From Candidatus Poribacteria bacterium (lineage in GTDB: Bacteria > Poribacteria > WGA-4E > DTYX01): DNA of 28,708 nt. Location: positions 1 through 28,708 of the forward strand of contig DTYX01000219.1 in the NCBI GenBank assembly GCA_012961655.1, given 5' to 3'. The position numbers were made by a program, and so were the translations under genes. The notes under the pieces were generated by a model. That model was given only the letters and a program-made list of their open reading frames with translations, was not told where the DNA came from and did no database searches. This document shows positions 23,661 through 28,708 of the stretch, one piece after another. Each line of letters starts with the position of its first letter. Positions within the stretch are counted from its first letter, which is position 1.

Positions 23661-24842
23661 TCAACAACGACGAGAAAGAACAGCTACTGTTTCGATGTGA
23701 TATGTCTGTGGAAACATATCGTAGGCGCGGATAGGTCGTTCGAGTTTATACTCATCGGAGAGTCTCATCAAGTCGTTAAGCTGCGTGACTGGGTTACACG
23801 ACATATAAACTATCCTCTTAGGAGCGATTCGTTTGATGCGCCTGATTATCTTTTTTGACATCCCTGCGCGCGGCGGGTCGATGACTATCACATCGAAATG
23901 GTGTTTTCCTTTCAAAAACTCGGCGACGTCTTCTGCAAAGAAAAGCGCGTTTTCGAGGCCGTTTAGCCTTGCGTTTTCCCTGGCCGCTTCGACAGATGAG
24001 TTCACCAACTCGACACCCGTTATGTGTTTACAAGCATCGCTTATATAAATCGAGATTGTCCCCGCCCCACAGTACAGGTCAAGCGCTTTGCCATGGGCAT
24101 TTTCCTTTATATCGTCATAAGCCCGCCGGATGAGGAGGGGATTGCTTTGGAAAAAGGTGTCGGGTTTTATGATGAACTGGTATTCTCTTAATCTTTCGAT
24201 GATATATGGGGCGCCGAGGTATTTCACCGTATCGCCATACGAATGATTGCTTAATTTCTCATGTTTGAGCCAGTAGACGCTTGCGGCTTTTTCCAGGGTA
24301 TCATCCATAAGCTGCAAAAGCCTCTCCTGTTGCAGAACTGATGGAGGATTTGCGGTGGTGAATATGACCATCAAATCATCGGTGAACTTCGCCTCACGGA
24401 AAACCACGTATCTCAGAAAACCCTCATGTTCAAGGAAGTCGTAGTCCCGTATCTCCAGTTCTCTGATTCGCTTTTTGATGAACATGAAAAGTTCCACAGC
24501 TCGTTGAGAAATCAGATGGCACTCATTTAAGTCTATAACTTCTGTGTAATCTCCGCGCCTTCGCAGTCCTATGCGTGAGAACGCGCAGGTGTAATCCATT
24601 CTGTGCCGATAATAAAACGGTTGAGGCGAAGGATGAATCTGAGGTTCCAGGTCGAACTGGTCATCGAACAATTCGCTCAAAAATCTGAATTTCATGTCGA
24701 GTTGGTCTTCGTAACTGATATTCTGAAAGGAACATCCCCCGCACTCGCTGAAATGAGCGCATCTCGGATTAACCTTCTGATAATCATCTCTCAGCTTATT
24801 GAAGAAACTACGGATACTTTTGGTTGTTCGAAATTTTTCCAT
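23661..24842 (-). CDS. rlmD: 23S rRNA (uracil-5)-methyltransferase, RlmD/TrmA family, no TRAM domain
   Basis: 393 aa from ATG 24842 (RBS gagg) with CAHFSECGGCSFQ, YYRHRM, FFQSN, DLYCGAGTI, DPPRAG, YMSCNP and DMFPQTYHIE. Confidence 0.85.
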   Translation of the reverse strand: MEKFRTTKSIRSFFNKLRDDYQKVNPRCAHFSECGGCSFQNISYEDQLDMKFRFLSELFDDQFDLEPQIHPSPQPFYYRHRMDYTCAFSRIGLRRRGDYTEVIDLNECHLISQRAVELFMFIKKRIRELEIRDYDFLEHEGFLRYVVFREAKFTDDLMVIFTTANPPSVLQQERLLQLMDDTLEKAASVYWLKHEKLSNHSYGDTVKYLGAPYIIERLREYQFIIKPDTFFQSNPLLIRRAYDDIKENAHGKALDLYCGAGTISIYISDACKHITGVELVNSSVEAARENARLNGLENALFFAEDVAEFLKGKHHFDVIVIDPPRAGMSKKIIRRIKRIAPKRIVYMSCNPVTQLNDLMRLSDEYKLERPIRAYDMFPQTYHIETVAVLSRRC

Positions 24843-24864
24843 CAAACGCCTCTGTGAACAAAGA

Positions 24865-25509
24865 TTATATACTATAAATCTCCGCTGGTCCAAAAGTATT
24901 TGGAAAATAAGGACGCAGAAATTTTCGTACCTCCCAGCAAAGATTGCATTTCTGAGGGTATCCCCGCCTGGGTTCAAAACCGCGTTCCTTAGCCAATTCA
25001 AGGTAGGCATACGGACCGCGTTCGCATACCATCCTTATCAGTTCATTGTCCGTATGAAATCCTCGCTTCATCCATTCGAGCAGCGGCTTCTCTTTGAGAT
25101 TCCCAATGATGATGCCGCAACAAGTTTGGATATTTGCATACGGGTCAATGTGAATCTCCCACATCTGGTGTGGGTCAAACTCGGTCCGGCAACTTCCATC
25201 TTCTGAACTGCCGCGCCATAGTCCATCGCCCGCCAACTCTTCTATCGGACGGTCGGGATAGAAACGCGCCAGCGTCTCCCCCGCCCTGCCGATTAAACGA
25301 GGTGAATGTCTTTGACTGTATTCCGCCAGCCGCGACTCATCACGCCCGATTCGGCGGAGTTCGGAAAGTTCTTCCAACGACAAATCCCCGGCGGCGACAT
25401 TCTCACAGCCAAAAATTTCGACCGCCCATTTGAACGCTCGCAACTGGCGGAGAAACTCAACGCCATCCTTCAGAATAACGCATACATCTGGTTGCTTTTC
25501 GGATGTCAT
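24865..25509 (-). pseudogene. Probable C-terminal fragment of a radical SAM protein (SPASM/twitch-like Cys-rich tail)
   Basis: 214 aa with HIDPYANIQTCCGIIIGN and KCNLCWEVR...FP..FGP..IY. There is no CxxxCxxC, and an in-frame TAA lies just upstream of the ATG. Confidence 0.55.
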
Positions 25510-25576
25510 ATTCTCTCTTCCCTTTCTGACATCAAACTTTTAGCCCAATCGCTTTTTAACGAAGTGGTCGCTTCGC

Positions 25577-26575
25577 TCATTCTATCCAACTGATAACCCT
25601 TCGATTGCAACAACATTCCAAATCATCATCCGTAATCTGTGGGTCTGTTCCCATTTTTTGACGATACGCGGAAAATGCTAAACAGATTCCTAAGTGGTTA
25701 AGAGCAGTCTTTGGCGATGTAGTATTATGGCTGATTTTCCGCAGGTGCGCCTCAGAAATCGGCGTTTCCGATTGGATTCGAATGGTATTCAGATATGATT
25801 TCAAAAGCTGGTATACTCGTTCCTGCGAGAGCGGTTCTCTGATGGGAATTGTCTTGATTTTTTCCGCTAAATCATTATCTAATCGCCTGAATTCTGACGG
25901 CGCGGGATTGCCCGCCACGCCAATTTGTCGGTAATCCTCAAGGGAAAGATTACAGACTGTCTCAAAGAACGATTGATAGTTTTCGATGGATAGGTCGCCG
26001 ATAAGTTCCAGCCGGGTGAAATACCGCCGTATCACGGGATGAATGTCCTTGGGAGCGGACTTTAGGAATTTTGAAAAGATGAGAGCCCAGCGATGCCTCT
26101 GCCCATCATCTCGCAAAACCGGTTCGAAATCCAATCTCAGATATGTGATAAGCGCCGGAATGCGCCAGTCATCAGTATCCAGCATCGCTCGCTGAAAGCC
26201 GTGTTCTTTGAAAAAGTGGAGCGTGGCAAGGCTGAGCAGATAACCGAGCCGATGTCCCTGATGTTCCGGCATCACTCCCACCATGTGAACATATCCTGTC
26301 CTTGTTTCATCGGGCGAGGCTTTCCACGAACAAGCGGTAGCCACAGGCTTCCCCTGGTATGTCGCGAAGAACAAGCCCTCTGGAGTGAACACCGGGCGTT
26401 CGGTGATTTCCCGACGAACATCCCCTACTGTCCTTTGTCCACCGAAGCTGGAATCGATAATCGCGCCCCAGTGAATTTCATCGCACGGCTGATAGTGGCG
26501 AATCTCGTATCCCTCCGGCGGTTTCACCGGCGGCAAATTTTCTAAATTCGGTCTCATCATGCGTAATTGAGCCAT
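25577..26575 (-). CDS. GNAT acetyltransferase fused to a C-terminal domain resembling the second half of an AAA+/ExeA-like ATPase
   Basis: Residues ~1-170 are a GNAT (GYVHMVGVMPEHQGHRLGY, LDTDDWRIPALITYLRLDF). Residues ~175-332 show a degenerate Walker-B/sensor/lid-like pattern. Confidence 0.75.
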   Translation of the reverse strand: MAQLRMMRPNLENLPPVKPPEGYEIRHYQPCDEIHWGAIIDSSFGGQRTVGDVRREITERPVFTPEGLFFATYQGKPVATACSWKASPDETRTGYVHMVGVMPEHQGHRLGYLLSLATLHFFKEHGFQRAMLDTDDWRIPALITYLRLDFEPVLRDDGQRHRWALIFSKFLKSAPKDIHPVIRRYFTRLELIGDLSIENYQSFFETVCNLSLEDYRQIGVAGNPAPSEFRRLDNDLAEKIKTIPIREPLSQERVYQLLKSYLNTIRIQSETPISEAHLRKISHNTTSPKTALNHLGICLAFSAYRQKMGTDPQITDDDLECCCNRRVISWIE

Positions 26576-26635
26576 TGTATCTCCTCTAAATCTAAGTTTT
26601 CCAGCTCTTTCTACTATTCATGATTTGACAAGACA

Positions 26636-28486
26636 CTACTCTTTCACCTCTAAAACCTTCTTTACAATACATCCAGCGTTTATCCCATAAAGTTCCATCA
26701 ATTCCTCCGGTTTTCCGGACCTTGGGAGTTCTTTGACCGCCATCTTATGCACCGAAACCCCATCTTTTGCTACTGCGTTCAGCACTGCGTCGCCTAATCC
26801 GCCGTCGTAGTAGTGGTCTTCCACGCAGATAATTGTGTTATTCGTCTCTGAGGCGGATTTTCTAAGCGTTTCCGCGTCAATCGGCTTGACCGAATAGGCG
26901 TCGATGACTCGGATATGAACGCCCTCTTTTTTTAGAGTTTCGTAAGCCTTCAGAGCTTCATGAACGGTAACTCCCGCCGCCACCACTGTGACTTTATCAT
27001 TATCGCTGGAACGCAAAACTTTGCATCCGCCAATTTTGAATTCTTCGTCATTTGGGTAGAGCACCGGCGTTTTCGGTCTGGAAGTTCTGATATACGCTAT
27101 GCCTTTGTGTTGGGCGACTTCCGCAACGAGTCTTTCCGCTGAGACAGCGTCGGATGGATATACAACGACGGAATTCGGGATACTCCGCATCATAGCAAGG
27201 TCCTCCAGTCCCATTTGCGATGGTCCGTCCTGTCCGATGGATATGCCGCAGTGAGAGCCGACGTATTTGATATTGGCAACCGATATAGCGGACATTCTGA
27301 TGTGGTCGAAAGCTCTGGTCAAGAAAGCGGCAAAGGTTGAAACGAATGGAATTTTCCCGCGACTTGACAATCCGACAGCGGCACCGACCATATTCTGTTC
27401 GGCGATAAAACACTCGAAATATCTATCAGGATGCGCTTCCATGAATTCTTGGGCGTAGGTCGAATTTTTAGTGTCTCCGTCCAATGAAACAACTAACGGA
27501 TTCACCTCTCCTAGTTTCGCCAGTCCTGTTCCGAAACCGTTTCTAGTGGCGACTTCCTCACCTATTTGGTAATTCGGCGGGGCCATTTCGGATGCGGCAG
27601 CGACATCTATATTCACCTCACGTTTTGGCGGAGATTCTATCTTGAATTCATAGTCAAATTCAGGTTTATCCAACTCTTTTAGAGCTGCTTCGACATCCTC
27701 TGCGGGTATAGGTTTGCCATGCCACCCATCCTTATTCTCGAAAAGCGATACGCCCTTCCCCTTCAGCGTTTTAGCGACAATCATCGTCGGCTTGCCAGAA
27801 GTCCTTTTCGCCTCATCCAACGCAGCTAAGATTTCTCTCATATTGTGTCCATCGATGACAATCGTATGCCATCCGAACGCCTCAAAGCGTCTCCGATAAG
27901 ATTCAGTATCAAACTCATACATCGTGTGTTGACTCTGTCCCATGCTATTCACATCAACGATTCCGACCAGATTATCCAGGTTGTAATGCGCCGACAAAGC
28001 GGCGGCTTCCCAGACAGAGCCCTCGGCGCTCTCGCCGTCGCCCATTAGAACATAGACCCGGTAATCTAATTTATCTAGATATTTTCCATTGAGCGCCATA
28101 CCCACACCGATGGACAAACCTTGGCCGAGTGAACCGCTGGCGACATCCGCCCACTTGAAACGCGGCGTCGGATGTCCCTCTAATTCGCTGTCAATCTCAC
28201 GCAAGGTATCCAATTTTTCAATAGGTATCGCTCCTACTTCAGCGTAAGCGGCATAGAGCAACGGCGCGGCATGCCCTTTGGATAAAACAAATCTATCGTT
28301 ATTCGGATTGGAATGGTCATGCGGGTCATATCGCATGGCATGAAAAAATAACGCTGACACAATATCAGCCGCGGATAAACAGGTGGTTGGATGTCCTGAG
28401 CTTGCTTTAGTTGTCGTCCGAATCGAATGGATTCTGAGTTTATCCGCCTTATCTTGTAATCCTGCAATTAATTTGTCTGTACTCAT
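26636..28486 (-). CDS. tkt: Transketolase (short ~616 aa type)
   Basis: GHPTTCLS, SKGHAAP, GHPTP, SGSLGQG, the ThDP motif GDGESAEG...N, WHGKP, IAEQNM, GQDGPSQM and EDHY..GGLG. Confidence 0.93.
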   Translation of the reverse strand: MSTDKLIAGLQDKADKLRIHSIRTTTKASSGHPTTCLSAADIVSALFFHAMRYDPHDHSNPNNDRFVLSKGHAAPLLYAAYAEVGAIPIEKLDTLREIDSELEGHPTPRFKWADVASGSLGQGLSIGVGMALNGKYLDKLDYRVYVLMGDGESAEGSVWEAAALSAHYNLDNLVGIVDVNSMGQSQHTMYEFDTESYRRRFEAFGWHTIVIDGHNMREILAALDEAKRTSGKPTMIVAKTLKGKGVSLFENKDGWHGKPIPAEDVEAALKELDKPEFDYEFKIESPPKREVNIDVAAASEMAPPNYQIGEEVATRNGFGTGLAKLGEVNPLVVSLDGDTKNSTYAQEFMEAHPDRYFECFIAEQNMVGAAVGLSSRGKIPFVSTFAAFLTRAFDHIRMSAISVANIKYVGSHCGISIGQDGPSQMGLEDLAMMRSIPNSVVVYPSDAVSAERLVAEVAQHKGIAYIRTSRPKTPVLYPNDEEFKIGGCKVLRSSDNDKVTVVAAGVTVHEALKAYETLKKEGVHIRVIDAYSVKPIDAETLRKSASETNNTIICVEDHYYDGGLGDAVLNAVAKDGVSVHKMAVKELPRSGKPEELMELYGINAGCIVKKVLEVKE

Positions 28487-28584
28487 CTGTAGCCTCCTAT
28501 ATAGCCGCCGATTTCCAGACCGCGCTGATTTTACTATCTCAAATCAGCGTACTTTGAATCAACGGCTATACATAAAGTATAGCA

Positions 28585-28613
28585 ATTATAATTCCTTTAG
28601 AACTTACTGTCAA
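28585..28613 (-). promoter_or_regulatory. Perfect-consensus sigma70 promoter for tkt
   Basis: Minus strand TTGACA (28613-28608), 17-bp spacer, TATAAT (28590-28585). Confidence 0.88.
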
Positions 28614-28708
28614 TAAGTTTTACAATGTACTATTGTTCTGTGAAATAAATCGTGATTGGTTCTAAGTTCGGCAATTCATTGCCGTTTTTTGACGCGCAAT
28701 CAATTGCG

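Noticed and set aside
24843-25010. 56-aa N-terminal extension of the RlmD ORF
   Set aside because: It overlaps the upstream gene. An ATG at 24842 with an RBS gives a normal start.
24865-25509. Radical SAM fragment as the missing GRE activase
   Set aside because: It has no CxxxCxxC or activase-type motifs, is about 5.7 kb away, and sits in a different transcription unit.
1-28708. tRNA, rRNA, prophage, integrase or intact transposase
   Set aside because: No cloverleaf or rRNA-like tract was recognised in the intergenic gaps, and no ORF has recombinase, transposase or phage motifs.

Overview
28.7-kb bacterial chromosomal window holding about 22 intact genes and a few gene fragments. It has no rRNA, tRNA, CRISPR array or intact transposase that I can support. 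The gene mix (DUF6785-type membrane protein, non-canonical URO-D protein, DUF1080, Gfo/Idh/MocA, ThuA) and a secreted protein ending in PVQRAGKLTATWAQIK suggest Ca. Poribacteria; this is an inference from recalled family knowledge. Housekeeping-type genes are pepP, a YbjN/CesT-pspA pair, an RlmD-family methyltransferase and transketolase. The most interesting items are five. (1) A same-strand run VOC > Gfo/Idh/MocA > DUF1080 > an unclassified glycyl radical enzyme with no activase nearby. (2) A family of GTAG-tagged REP hairpins; three clusters sit inside a shared ~100-140 bp wrapper with terminal inverted repeats, and in all three the same end faces a consensus sigma70 promoter. (3) A putative C-terminal sorting motif. 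(4) A UPF0280 + NIL-ferredoxin sulfur-assimilation pair lacking its usual DUF39 partner. (5) A GNAT fused to what looks like an AAA+ remnant, plus several N-terminally truncated genes that keep their own RBS.
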